Of a stretch of 64,000 nt of DNA, positions 36,512 to 45,675 are shown in pieces; the first letter of the stretch is position 1, and each line of letters starts with the position of its first letter. The notes under the pieces were generated by a model, which was not told where the DNA came from, did not search any database, and saw only the letters and a list, made by a program, of their open reading frames with translations. Source of the DNA: Candidatus Woesearchaeota archaeon (GTDB lineage: Archaea; Nanobdellota; Nanobdellia; Woesearchaeales; GW2011-AR9); contig JAHFSP010000002.1 in NCBI GenBank assembly GCA_023265685.1, positions 5,713-69,712 of the forward strand, read 5' to 3'. A program made the translations under genes and the position numbers.

Positions 36512-36619
36512 ATGTCAAGACAACGAAATAGTGTACCTAAAGAATACGATGATTTTTGGGAAGAGCTTCGCGATGAAGACAAAGAGTTTCTTCAATTCAT
36601 GTCTCGAAATAGGGACTGA
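36512..36619 (+). CDS. possible small protein (35 aa)
   Basis: GAGGTGA lies 4 nt upstream of ATG 36512. The product is MSRQRNSVPKEYDDFWEELRDEDKEFLQFMSRNRD, the stop is at 36617-36619, and a T-rich run follows immediately. It is too short for the ORF track. Confidence 0.25.
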   Translation: MSRQRNSVPKEYDDFWEELRDEDKEFLQFMSRNRD

Positions 36620-36704
36620 TTTTTTCTTTTCTTTTTGAGATAGAGGTTTGTCTGAAGAGGATTAATTAAGAAGATTAATTATGTGCATACTAATCTGGAA
36701 AATC

Positions 36705-37832
36705 TCATCCAAAAAATCGTTTCAAAAATCCAACACTGGCTTTTTCTTCGTTGAGTTCTTTAATTAATTCGCGTTGTTTCTTGGAGAGTTTTGAGGGAAC
36801 GGCAACACGCACTTTAACCATCTGATCTCCGCGACCACTACCCTGGAGATGAGGTAAACCTTTACCTTTCATGCGTAGCGTTGTTTCAGATTGCGTTCCT
36901 TCAGGAATGGTGAGAATTGCTCTTCCATCAATAGTAGGAACTTCGATATCATCGCCAAGAGCCGCTTGGGTGAATGAGATGGGGATGGTAATTTGAAGAT
37001 TGTCTGTATCTCTAGCGAAATGTTGATGTTCTTGAATGTGGACGCGAATGTATAAATCTCCTGCTCTTCCACCAGCACCTCCCACTTCGCCTTCTCCGCT
37101 TACACGTAGACGCATACCTTCTTCAATTCCTGCAGGAATGGTAACTTCAATTTCTTTGCGGTCGCGTACAACTCCTTCACCGCTACATTCTTTACAAACG
37201 TCATCGGCTTTCTCGCCACGGCCTTGACAGGTAGAACAGGGTGCGGTTTGTTGGAAAATTCCAAACGGCGTGCGTTGGGTTTTACGAACATATCCAGACC
37301 CGCTACAGGCAGAACAATTGGAAAATGAGTGAGCGCCTTTGCCTTTACATGAGGTACAATGGGCAAGTTTATTGAGTTTGATTGATTTGGTTGTTCCTTT
37401 AGCTACTTCTTCAAGAGTGATCTCTAAATCGTAGAGTAAGTCTGCGCCGCGCCGATTTCCACCTCGTCTGCCTTGTCCTGTTTGCCCACCAAAGAGTTGG
37501 TCGAAAATGTCACCGAAATCACTCATACCACCAAATTGAGACATGACATCAGAAAAGTCATAGCCTTCAAATCCACCAGCACCTGGACCTGTTGCGCCAC
37601 CATTGAATGCGCTTGAGCCGTATTGGTCGTATTGACTACGTTTTTTATCGTCAGCAAGAATTGATGCGGCTTCATTGATCTCTTTGAATTTTGCTTCGTA
37701 CTCGACTTTTTTGTCATCTGGTGCACGATCGGGATGATATTTCATGGCTAGTTTTTTGTAAGCTTTTTTGATTTCTTCTTTGTTAGCGCTTTTTTCAACA
37801 CCAAGTAATGAGTAGTAATTTTTATCTGCCAT
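36705..37832 (-). CDS. dnaJ: molecular chaperone DnaJ (type I)
   Basis: J domain (YYSLLGVEKSANKEEIKKAYKKLAMKYHPD), G/F region and four CxxCxGxG zinc motifs. The start is set at MADKNYY (ATG 37830-37832). Confidence 0.9.
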   Translation of the reverse strand: MADKNYYSLLGVEKSANKEEIKKAYKKLAMKYHPDRAPDDKKVEYEAKFKEINEAASILADDKKRSQYDQYGSSAFNGGATGPGAGGFEGYDFSDVMSQFGGMSDFGDIFDQLFGGQTGQGRRGGNRRGADLLYDLEITLEEVAKGTTKSIKLNKLAHCTSCKGKGAHSFSNCSACSGSGYVRKTQRTPFGIFQQTAPCSTCQGRGEKADDVCKECSGEGVVRDRKEIEVTIPAGIEEGMRLRVSGEGEVGGAGGRAGDLYIRVHIQEHQHFARDTDNLQITIPISFTQAALGDDIEVPTIDGRAILTIPEGTQSETTLRMKGKGLPHLQGSGRGDQMVKVRVAVPSKLSKKQRELIKELNEEKASVGFLKRFFG

Positions 37833-38544
37833 GGGTAACCTCGGTTTTTGATTGATTATGTTCTTGAGTTTGAATGTGCCTCTTAGCTTGAATGTGCGTC
37901 TCAAATTCTGGTTTTAAATCTTGTGGAGCGAAGGGAAGATGAGAAAAAATTTCTGTTTCAAATTGGATCATTTCTTGTTCTTCTTCATGTCTGAGTTTTG
38001 CTGTGGGATACATTTCGCGTAGGTAGACAAGACGGTCTTTGAGAGGAATGATGTCAGTTTTGAATACACGCCAGTCAACGTAATGAACGAGATTTTCTTC
38101 GAATGTTTTTTCATTGACGTGGATGCCTGGTGCACTGGCTTTGTGTAACGAGGCTGCAAGTTGAGGAAATTCTTTATGGAATATCTCATAGGCGATTTCG
38201 CCTTCGTATTTTCCGGTAAAGCGTTCTCGCAATGTTCTCCACATAGCGATTTCTTGATCGTTGTAGGGATACGGATGATATTTATGATGAGGATTTAATT
38301 CTTTAAGCGTTACTGCTTTGAATAAGTCGTGGAGGATAGAGAGAGCACGAACGAATTCGATGTTGGGAGGGGGATGGGGTTTCTTTTGAAGTTTTTGAAG
38401 TTTTTGAGATTTTTGAATTTCTTGTGCCATGAATACACTTACTTCTTGAACCGCTTTACAGTGTGCGAGGATGTTTTTAGGAACTTTATATTGGTCGAAG
38501 TAGGAAAGACATTGGGATTGAGTGGGGAGCTGAGGCTTTACCAT
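37822..38544 (-). CDS. HD-superfamily phosphohydrolase-like protein
   Basis: 240 aa. H..(x)..HD pattern (LAHCKAV ... ILHDLFK). It lies between dnaK and dnaJ and overlaps the dnaJ start by 11 bp. Confidence 0.5.
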   Translation of the reverse strand: MVKPQLPTQSQCLSYFDQYKVPKNILAHCKAVQEVSVFMAQEIQKSQKLQKLQKKPHPPPNIEFVRALSILHDLFKAVTLKELNPHHKYHPYPYNDQEIAMWRTLRERFTGKYEGEIAYEIFHKEFPQLAASLHKASAPGIHVNEKTFEENLVHYVDWRVFKTDIIPLKDRLVYLREMYPTAKLRHEEEQEMIQFETEIFSHLPFAPQDLKPEFETHIQAKRHIQTQEHNQSKTEVTHGR

Positions 38545-38610
38545 AGATCATGAGTGTTGTGAGTGGATGAAAATTATAAAAAAATAAAAAAACAAGACCG
38601 ATTGGTCTGC

Positions 38611-40539
38611 CTATTGGTCTTTGCCTTTTTTCTTGCTGGATTTCTCAGATCCTGCTTTCTCTTTGAACTCGGCGTCAACAACTTTCTCGCCATGAGCATG
38701 GCCTGAGTGGTCGTCACCATCAGCATGTCCATGAGCTCCATGGCCAGCATGACCAGCTTGAGCACCACCAGTTGCTTGTTGAGCGGCAGCAGCATCTTGG
38801 TAGATTTTTGCACCAATTTCGCCAATGACTTTGTTTAAGTCTTCAATGGCTGAGTTGATTGCTGCAGGGTCTTCGCCGTGGCGTAGTTTTTCAACGTGAG
38901 CGATTTTTTCTTCAATGCGTTTGCGAGTACCATCATCAACTTTGTCTTTGAATTCGTCAAGGACTTTCTTGGTTTGGTAGACAACGGAGTCAGCGTTGAT
39001 TTGTGCTTCGATGATTTCGCGCTTGCGTTCGTCTTCGGCAGCATGTTTCTCAGCTTCTTCACGCATCTGTTTGACTTCTGCTTCACTAAGCGCACTTGAG
39101 CCAGTTATTTTGATTTTTTGTTCTTTGCCAGTTCCGAGATCTTTCGCACTTACGTGAACAATTCCGTTGGCGTCAATGTCGAAGGTAACTTCAACTTGGG
39201 GAATACCACGAGGTGCAGGCGGAATACCCATCAAATCAAATTGACCAAGGGTTTTGTTGTCGTGAAACATGGGGCGTTCGCCTTGTCCAACTTTGATTGT
39301 TACTGCAGTTTGGTTATCGGCTGCGGTGGAAAAAATCTGTGATTTTTTGGTTGGAACAGTGGTGTTACGCTCAATGAGACGAGTGAAAACGCCGCCGAGA
39401 GTTTCAATTCCCAGTGAGAGAGGGGTAACGTCAAGTAAGAGAACGTCTTTAATGTCTCCAGTAAGAACACCTGCTTGAACAGCAGCACCTAAGGCCACAG
39501 CTTCATCTGGGTTAACGGATTTGTCTCCATCTTTTCCAGCAATTTTACGTACGAGATCTTGGACACAAGGAATACGGGTTGATCCTCCTACGAAAATTAC
39601 TTTGTGAATATCGTTTTGAGTCATAGACGCATCGCGCAGAGCTTGTTTTACGGGACCTTCTAGTCGACGCAAAATGTCGTGAATCAATGATTCAAATTGA
39701 GCACGAGTAAATTCTTCTTTGAGATGTTTAGGTCCATGTTGGTCAGCAGTAATAAACGGAATGTTAATCTCGACTTTCATTTTAGAGGAGAGTTCGATTT
39801 TGGCTTTTTCTGCTGCTTCTTTGAGACGTTGCATGGCAGTTGGGTCGTGATGAAGATCGATTCCGGTGGATTTTTTGAATGTGTCCATGAGATGATTCAT
39901 CAAGAGTTCATCAATGTCGTCGCCACCAAGGAAGTTGTCTCCACTGGTAGATTTAACTTCAAAGATTCCATCGCCAAGTTCAAGAATAGATACATCAAAT
40001 GTTCCTCCACCAAAATCAAAGACGAGAATAGTATGATCTTTTTCTTGCTTGTCGAGGCCATAGGCAAGAGCTGCGGCGGTTGGTTCGTTGATAATACGAA
40101 GAACGTTAAGGCCAGCAATTTCTCCGGCATTTTTAGTTGCTTGACGTTGGGAGTCGTTAAAATAGGCAGGTACAGTAATAACTGCATTCTTTACATCTTG
40201 ACCGAGATAGGCTTCTGCATCACGTTTGAGCTTTTGTAAGATCATTGCAGAAATTTGTTCTGGTGTATATTGTTTGGAATCAATTTTTACTTTCTCGTTG
40301 GTTCCCATTTTACGTTTGATAGAACGAATCGTATTGTGGGGGTCAGTAATAGCTTGGTTACGTGCTACTTGTCCTACTACTACTTCGTCATCTTTGATGT
40401 TCAAAACACTAGGCGTGGTTCTGTTCCCTTCTGAGTTGGGAATAATAACTGGTTTACCGCCTTCGAGAATTGCGACGGCAGAAAAAGTTGTTCCGAGATC
40501 AATGCCAATGGTGGCTCCGTTTATGGTTTTTGTTGTCAT
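38611..40539 (-). CDS. dnaK: molecular chaperone DnaK (Hsp70)
   Basis: 642 aa. Motifs: [46 protein letters not shown] precedes the ATG. Confidence 0.95.
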   Translation of the reverse strand: MTTKTINGATIGIDLGTTFSAVAILEGGKPVIIPNSEGNRTTPSVLNIKDDEVVVGQVARNQAITDPHNTIRSIKRKMGTNEKVKIDSKQYTPEQISAMILQKLKRDAEAYLGQDVKNAVITVPAYFNDSQRQATKNAGEIAGLNVLRIINEPTAAALAYGLDKQEKDHTILVFDFGGGTFDVSILELGDGIFEVKSTSGDNFLGGDDIDELLMNHLMDTFKKSTGIDLHHDPTAMQRLKEAAEKAKIELSSKMKVEINIPFITADQHGPKHLKEEFTRAQFESLIHDILRRLEGPVKQALRDASMTQNDIHKVIFVGGSTRIPCVQDLVRKIAGKDGDKSVNPDEAVALGAAVQAGVLTGDIKDVLLLDVTPLSLGIETLGGVFTRLIERNTTVPTKKSQIFSTAADNQTAVTIKVGQGERPMFHDNKTLGQFDLMGIPPAPRGIPQVEVTFDIDANGIVHVSAKDLGTGKEQKIKITGSSALSEAEVKQMREEAEKHAAEDERKREIIEAQINADSVVYQTKKVLDEFKDKVDDGTRKRIEEKIAHVEKLRHGEDPAAINSAIEDLNKVIGEIGAKIYQDAAAAQQATGGAQAGHAGHGAHGHADGDDHSGHAHGEKVVDAEFKEKAGSEKSSKKKGKDQ

Positions 40540-40655
40540 GTTTTCCTCCGATTAATGGTATTTTTTGTTTATTTTTTAGTTGTTATTTTTCGGTTTTTGT
40601 TTTTTTGATTAGTAGTTAATGAATTCATTTTTGATTTTTGATTCATTCACTTTTA

Positions 40656-41222
40656 CTATTCCTTCTTATTTTCTGATTTCTTATCAGGCCCACTGCTAAT
40701 TTTAACACGCGCAGGGCGCAAAACTCTGCCATGAAGGAGATAGCCTTTCTGAAATTCTTCGATAACTGTTTCAGCTGCTCGTAGATCGGGAACTTTAGCG
40801 AGTGCTTGATGCATCACTGGGTCAAATCTATTTCCGACTGTGGCAATTGTTGCGACACCTTGTTTTTCAAGTAGGCTCAAGATTTGTGAATAGACCATAT
40901 CAAGACCTTCTTGAAGAACGGCAGCATCATGGTTGGAATTTTTAAGTGCTAAGTGTAAGGTGTCTACGATGAGGAGAAAGTCACCTAAGAATTTCTTGAG
41001 CGCCATTTGTTCTGATTCGGTGATACGCTGTTGCACTTGCTTGCGATAGTTTTCGAAGCTAGCTTGATTGCGTTGGAGTAAGTCGGTTAGTTCTTCGATT
41101 GTGGGTCCTTGGCTAGGAAGGGTTGTGGCAGGTTTAGGAGTTTGAGCAGCGTCTTCAACGCTCTGAGTGGGTTGAGTAGATTCGTGCTGTTTTTCCTTTT
41201 TTTGTTGATCTGAGTTCGACAT
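40656..41222 (-). CDS. grpE: nucleotide exchange factor GrpE
   Basis: 188 aa. Coiled-coil N-terminal half, then FDPVMHQAL...V.EEFQKGYLLHGRVLRPARV in the C-terminal beta domain. Confidence 0.85.
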   Translation of the reverse strand: MSNSDQQKKEKQHESTQPTQSVEDAAQTPKPATTLPSQGPTIEELTDLLQRNQASFENYRKQVQQRITESEQMALKKFLGDFLLIVDTLHLALKNSNHDAAVLQEGLDMVYSQILSLLEKQGVATIATVGNRFDPVMHQALAKVPDLRAAETVIEEFQKGYLLHGRVLRPARVKISSGPDKKSENKKE

Positions 41223-41244
41223 GGTAGGCTTGGAATCAAATTTA

Positions 41245-41252
41245 TTTATAAA
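41245..41252 (-). promoter_or_regulatory. TATA box (TTTATAAA) of the grpE-dnaK-HD-dnaJ operon
   Basis: 22 nt separate the octamer from the grpE ATG (41222). Confidence 0.45.
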
Positions 41253-41272
41253 GATTTCGGAACCACGCTACA

Positions 41273-41280
41273 TTTAAATA
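41273..41280 (+). promoter_or_regulatory. TATA box (TTTAAATA) of the divergent wHTH gene
   Basis: 22 nt separate the octamer from ATG 41303. Confidence 0.45.
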
Positions 41281-41302
41281 GAAAAACGCTTCTCTTCTAT
41301 CC

Positions 41303-41704
41303 ATGGCCCACAAAGTAACAGTTCTTAAAATCCGACGTGGTCCCCCTGATAATATCAACCAAGATCTCCAATGGGTGGGGTCCTCGTTAGGACTCTTTAA
41401 TCAACGCGATAAGGACAGTAGTTGTTTTCGTGTGTTTATTACTCTGCTTAAAAAAACACGGAGTGCAGATGCAGTTACATCAGATGATATTGCGTTGAAA
41501 TTAGATCTGAGTCGAGGAACCGTCGTACATCATTTGAGTAAGTTAATGGACGCAGGTATCGTGGTTCATCTCAAAGGAGGGTATTCTCTTCGGGAAGCGA
41601 ACTTGCAGAAGGTCATCCGGAGTCTTCAAAAGGATATGGATACCATTTTTGGTGAGATTCAAGATGTGGCAAAAGAGATTGATTCGCAGTTGGGAAATTT
41701 TTGA
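41303..41704 (+). CDS. winged-HTH (ArsR-like) transcriptional regulator
   Basis: 133 aa. VTSDDIALKLDLSRGTVVHHLSKLMDAGIV is an HTH. It is divergent from the chaperone operon. Confidence 0.55.
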   Translation: MAHKVTVLKIRRGPPDNINQDLQWVGSSLGLFNQRDKDSSCFRVFITLLKKTRSADAVTSDDIALKLDLSRGTVVHHLSKLMDAGIVVHLKGGYSLREANLQKVIRSLQKDMDTIFGEIQDVAKEIDSQLGNF

Positions 41705-41814
41705 TTGATTTGTATGTTGATTGAGATGGTTAAACCAGTTTTCTGAGTGGCTTGAGAGTGTTTACAAGAGACAAAAAAGATAGCTATTTATAGAGAAAAA
41801 GTAACCTTCTGGTT

Positions 41815-43263
41815 ATGCGTACGATAAAAGAGGCCGTAGTACTTCTTAGTTTGTTGCTTATCTTAATACAAGTGATACAGCTAGGTATCGTTTTTTCGCT
41901 GACTGGGGCGGCATCTACAGGGACAGTAGGACTCTGTTATAATCATGCCCCTACATTCCTTAATCTGAGTAACCACACCGTAGCACACAATTTTGAATAT
42001 GTTCGTACCATTACATTTAACGACACAAATGGAGATGCAGTAGCTATTTTTGATAATACTTCGCTCTTTTCCATAATAAATACAACAGGAGTTATCAATT
42101 TCACACCCACGATATCCCAGGTGGCAAATTATTCTATTCTGGTTACACTTCGAGATTATAACAGTTCTTGTCCACTCGAGGCATCAGAGGTATTTGTTCT
42201 TTCAATCAATAATAGTATCCCTCAGTTAAGCACGATCATTCCAAACCAAACTTGGGAAGAGGATGTTTCACTTAGTGGGTTAGATTTAGACAATTATTTT
42301 ACAGATTATGAAACAGATAGTGTCATTTATACGGTACGTTATGGTTCCAATGTACGTGTCTCCATAGCATCACCAAGCAATCTGGTAACTATTCGCCCAG
42401 ACCGGGATTTTTCGGGAACGAGTTGGATGCTCTTTACCGCGAATGACACTTTAGGATCAGTCACATCAAATAATGTTTCACTTAACATCACCGCCGTCGC
42501 TAATTATTGTGGGGATAGTGCTTGTAATGCAGATGAAAGCTGTACAAGCTGTTCCACAGATTGTGGGACTTGCCCAGCATCAAGTAGTAGCAGTAGTGGA
42601 GGTGGAGGTGGGGGCACAAGAATCATTGAGAAAATAATAAATAACACTGGAGGATGCGCGGATTCTTACCAGTGTTATGAGTGGTCACCTCAATCATGTG
42701 ATGTTGGAAACCAAGAAAGACGATGTATTTGGGTAGAAAAAAGTTGTACCGTTACTAAAACAATCGAAACAAGACCTTGTAAATGTATCCCTAACATTGT
42801 TTGTTCAGTTTGGGACCCTGAAGTGTGCTCTCCAGATCAAACTCAAATACGTACTTGTAACGATATCCATAATTGTGGAGCACCCGTTAGACTTTCTACT
42901 CAAAAGGAATGTTTGTTTGATGCCCTCAACCAAAGCAGCGGAATCTTCTCCAACGCTAATTCCCCACTGCCGGGAATCGTTGGTGCTGCTTATGCCAACC
43001 TCATTCCTCGTTTGTGGAGCGAATATAAGTCACAGGGTAGTTACCTAGTTCTCGTGCTTCTGCTCTGTGCAGTAATAGTCTGGTGGTTTTATCACAAGAG
43101 ATACTGTCTCACAATAGAAAGAATACCCCTCCCAATAGAAGAATACACTCTTGAGATAGAAACAATTGTGCAAACAGCATCGCTGCATCGGCTCAGAATT
43201 AGAACGCAATTTCGTTGTTCACTCAATAGCACGAAAGGAAAATATAGAAAAGTAATCAGGTGA
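41815..43263 (+). CDS. secreted Cys-rich surface protein with C-terminal TM anchor
   Basis: 482 aa with a signal-like N-terminus, Ig/cadherin-like sequon-rich repeats, the Cys knot YCGDSACNADESCTSCSTDCGTCP, an SSSSSSGGGGGG linker, further Cys modules and a TM helix (YLVLVLLLCAVIVWWFY). Confidence 0.55.
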   Translation: MRTIKEAVVLLSLLLILIQVIQLGIVFSLTGAASTGTVGLCYNHAPTFLNLSNHTVAHNFEYVRTITFNDTNGDAVAIFDNTSLFSIINTTGVINFTPTISQVANYSILVTLRDYNSSCPLEASEVFVLSINNSIPQLSTIIPNQTWEEDVSLSGLDLDNYFTDYETDSVIYTVRYGSNVRVSIASPSNLVTIRPDRDFSGTSWMLFTANDTLGSVTSNNVSLNITAVANYCGDSACNADESCTSCSTDCGTCPASSSSSSGGGGGGTRIIEKIINNTGGCADSYQCYEWSPQSCDVGNQERRCIWVEKSCTVTKTIETRPCKCIPNIVCSVWDPEVCSPDQTQIRTCNDIHNCGAPVRLSTQKECLFDALNQSSGIFSNANSPLPGIVGAAYANLIPRLWSEYKSQGSYLVLVLLLCAVIVWWFYHKRYCLTIERIPLPIEEYTLEIETIVQTASLHRLRIRTQFRCSLNSTKGKYRKVIR

Positions 43264-43823
43264 GATGAAAAGCGGACAAGAGAAGCGTAGTCAAATCGAT
43301 GAGTATATGCCGGAGTCTGCGAGAACGTAGAATGGGTATGTTTTGTTTCTTTCGTTTTATTCAGATATTGAAGGATTGTGCTGATCCAAAGGATAGAAAC
43401 TGATCTTGAGGTTTAGAAAAGAGATGTGTTAATGTAGAGCGCGGTGTGTACAAAAAGAGAAAACATCCGTTTGGTTGTTGAGGACTGTTTATGGATTGCC
43501 ACTCTTACAAGGTTACTTGTTCTTTACAATAATGGCACCGCACAGAACAAATTCCGGAAAACCGAAATGACGTAAATGTTTGCTTACACCTAGGACAACT
43601 GGTTGTCTGATGCTGCATGAGGAATAGAGAGTATATGTTATTTATAAGTGTTATGGAATGGTGGACTCTGCCCTAAATCTCGTCTGCGACTACATCACTA
43701 TTCTATAGTCATCCAACTTGAAAACCCGGTGCCAAGTTGGACTCGTTACAAAAAATGAGATAATTCTCATTTTTGTACAGAAAATCGATAGTCTTCGATT
43801 TTCTTGTATGGTCAAACAAGTGG

Positions 43824-43848
43824 CGAAACCCCTTCGGGTTTTCTTTCT
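43824..43848 (+). terminator. hairpin plus T-run (terminator-like) at the end of a four-hairpin series
   Basis: GAAACCC-CTTC-GGGTTT followed by TCTTTCTT. Preceding hairpins lie at 43712-43739, 43746-43776 and 43779-43802. Confidence 0.3.
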
Positions 43849-43855
43849 TGGTTGA

Positions 43856-44302
43856 CTATAATTTAGCTGGTCTTTTGTACCCTATTTTTTCTAGGTAGAA
43901 GATTGTTGCGTCTGAGAGGTACTGGAGGGTTTTGATTTTTTCAAGAGAGAGAAATTTTTGTTGATGATGTTTATGGGGTTCTTTGTTTTCGAGGTCGCCA
44001 GAGTAGGAGAATATTTCATAAAGATGGAGAGTCAGATGTACATCTTTTCCGTCTCGGACATAATAATATTTTTTAGTGCCAATTTTTTGAAATTTTTTTA
44101 GGTGAAGGTTACATTCTTCGAAAATTTCTTGTTTGATGGCTGTGCGAGGAGATTGATTAGGATGGGCTTTACCGATAGGGATTGTCCAGAAGCCAAACTT
44201 AACGTGATCTTGCATGAGAATGTTGCCGTTTTTGTCTTTGATGATGGCGGCGACGGCGTTGTGGTCAACAAGATCTTCTGGAGTGTAGTTAATTTTGGAC
44301 AT
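43856..44302 (-). CDS. NUDIX-fold protein with degenerate Nudix box
   Basis: 148 aa. GKAHPNQSPRTAIKQEIFEECNL aligns to Gx5Ex7REUxEExGU, but Gln replaces the first Glu and the Arg. Confidence 0.5.
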   Translation of the reverse strand: MSKINYTPEDLVDHNAVAAIIKDKNGNILMQDHVKFGFWTIPIGKAHPNQSPRTAIKQEIFEECNLHLKKFQKIGTKKYYYVRDGKDVHLTLHLYEIFSYSGDLENKEPHKHHQQKFLSLEKIKTLQYLSDATIFYLEKIGYKRPAKL

Positions 44303-44437
44303 GTGATAAATGGAGGAACATAAAAGGACATAAAAAGGTATGTGAGTATTCTTGGACTGAAAAATGGAGATTACAAGTAATAAAAGTAAGAAGAAGGTAA
44401 GAAGTAAGAATAAAAAATTAATCGCTTAAAAATAAAA

Positions 44438-44842
44438 TTAATCGCTTGCTAATCGCCAGATGGTTTTCATGCCTACAATTATTGCACCAGGGACAACGAA
44501 CACCACGATGTTACTTAAAACGGTTCTCAAGAATTGACCCAGAGCAGGGAAAAGTCCAAAAAACGTGAACAAGCCTAGATTGACAATGCCTGCAAGCATG
44601 AGTGCAATCGCTGCGATTAAAAAGGGCGTTGTTTCTTTGGCTGCAAGATTAAATAGACCAACTATGAATCCTAAAATAACTAATGTTGAGACGAGTGCTT
44701 CTGCTGATAGATAGGATCTTAAAAATGCGGCAATAATACATACTAATAAACCTGCGAAAAAAGCATAGTGAGCAAGACGATGAAGTTCTACGCCCCCAAG
44801 CATATGAGAGGAAGATTCACCTGACCTCTTTTTTGTAACCAT
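44438..44842 (-). CDS. hypothetical membrane protein
   Basis: 134 aa with four hydrophobic helices. Confidence 0.45.
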   Translation of the reverse strand: MVTKKRSGESSSHMLGGVELHRLAHYAFFAGLLVCIIAAFLRSYLSAEALVSTLVILGFIVGLFNLAAKETTPFLIAAIALMLAGIVNLGLFTFFGLFPALGQFLRTVLSNIVVFVVPGAIIVGMKTIWRLASD

Positions 44843-44858
44843 TACTAATCACCTCTTA

Positions 44859-45251
44859 ATGTTTGGAATGATGATGTTTTGGTATATAAATCATTCGGTA
44901 GGGCTATTTGGGATAAAAGAGGAGAATGGAGGTTTGACAAGAAAGAGAGGGAAATCATTTAAAGAGGAGAAGTTAAAACTGAGTGTGGAACTTGAATTTA
45001 TTCTTGCAAAATGTAAAACGAAAGCGACGTTTTCTGCTACGTTGAAAAAAGTTCGGCAGCTGGATTTGAAGGCTATTGAGAAACAGTTTGAAGTAGTGTT
45101 GGATACACCTTTGTTACTTGTAGTGAAGGTTGATGGTGTTGAGATTATCATTCATGGTTATGGGGAATTGTTGTTTAAGAGCGGTGAAGATATGGTATGG
45201 ATGGAAAAAGTGGCAAAAAAAATTTATGAACAGGGGTTGAAGAGATCATGA
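44859..45251 (+). CDS. hypothetical protein
   Basis: 130-aa ORF coupled by an ATGA overlap to the downstream NUDIX gene. The true start is uncertain. Confidence 0.35.
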   Translation: MFGMMMFWYINHSVGLFGIKEENGGLTRKRGKSFKEEKLKLSVELEFILAKCKTKATFSATLKKVRQLDLKAIEKQFEVVLDTPLLLVVKVDGVEIIIHGYGELLFKSGEDMVWMEKVAKKIYEQGLKRS

Positions 45252-45652
45252 GAGTCGTTGGATGTTTTATTGAGTTTGAAGGAAAGTTTCTGCTTTTGCA
45301 ACGTAGCGAGTTTGTAGATCAGCCTTTAACGTGGGCTTTGCCAGCTGGAAAGGTTGAGTCTGGTGAGACGGATCTTGCGGCGATGATGCGAGAGTTACGT
45401 GAAGAAACAGGATATATTGCTCGTAAAGAGGAGTTGGAATTCTTGGGGGTTATTGAACAGGATTTAGCTTGGGGACATTTGACATTTCCGACGTTTCGGA
45501 TTAGACTTGTTGCTCCTATTGAGGTTAGGGTTAATTTGCGAGAGCATTGTGGTTTTCGTTGGGTGAATGCACATAAATGTTATGCAGAGAAGAATGTGGT
45601 GACGGGACTCCACGAGTTATTGGTAAGAGTGGGATACGTGAAGAAGAAATAG
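45248..45652 (+). CDS. NUDIX hydrolase
   Basis: 134 aa with an intact Nudix box: GKVESGETDLAAMMRELREETGY. Confidence 0.75.
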   Translation: MRVVGCFIEFEGKFLLLQRSEFVDQPLTWALPAGKVESGETDLAAMMRELREETGYIARKEELEFLGVIEQDLAWGHLTFPTFRIRLVAPIEVRVNLREHCGFRWVNAHKCYAEKNVVTGLHELLVRVGYVKKK

Positions 45653-45675
45653 ATTTCTTTGATATTAAAAAAAAG

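Noticed and set aside
39697-40239. 180-aa plus-strand ORF, and other nested ORFs inside dnaK, tgt (10827-11333), metK (20894-21405) and the AIM24 gene (607-1071)
   Set aside because: All are antisense or out of frame within genes that have strong family motifs. They are typical shadow ORFs.
43264-43855. RNase P RNA or SRP RNA in the ORF-free gap
   Set aside because: ACAGAAC and GCTTAC words are present, but they are separated by about 36 nt instead of a few. I found no GAGGAAAGTCC-type CR-I and no SRP helix-8 GGAA/AGCA motif. It is kept only as an unexplained structured region.
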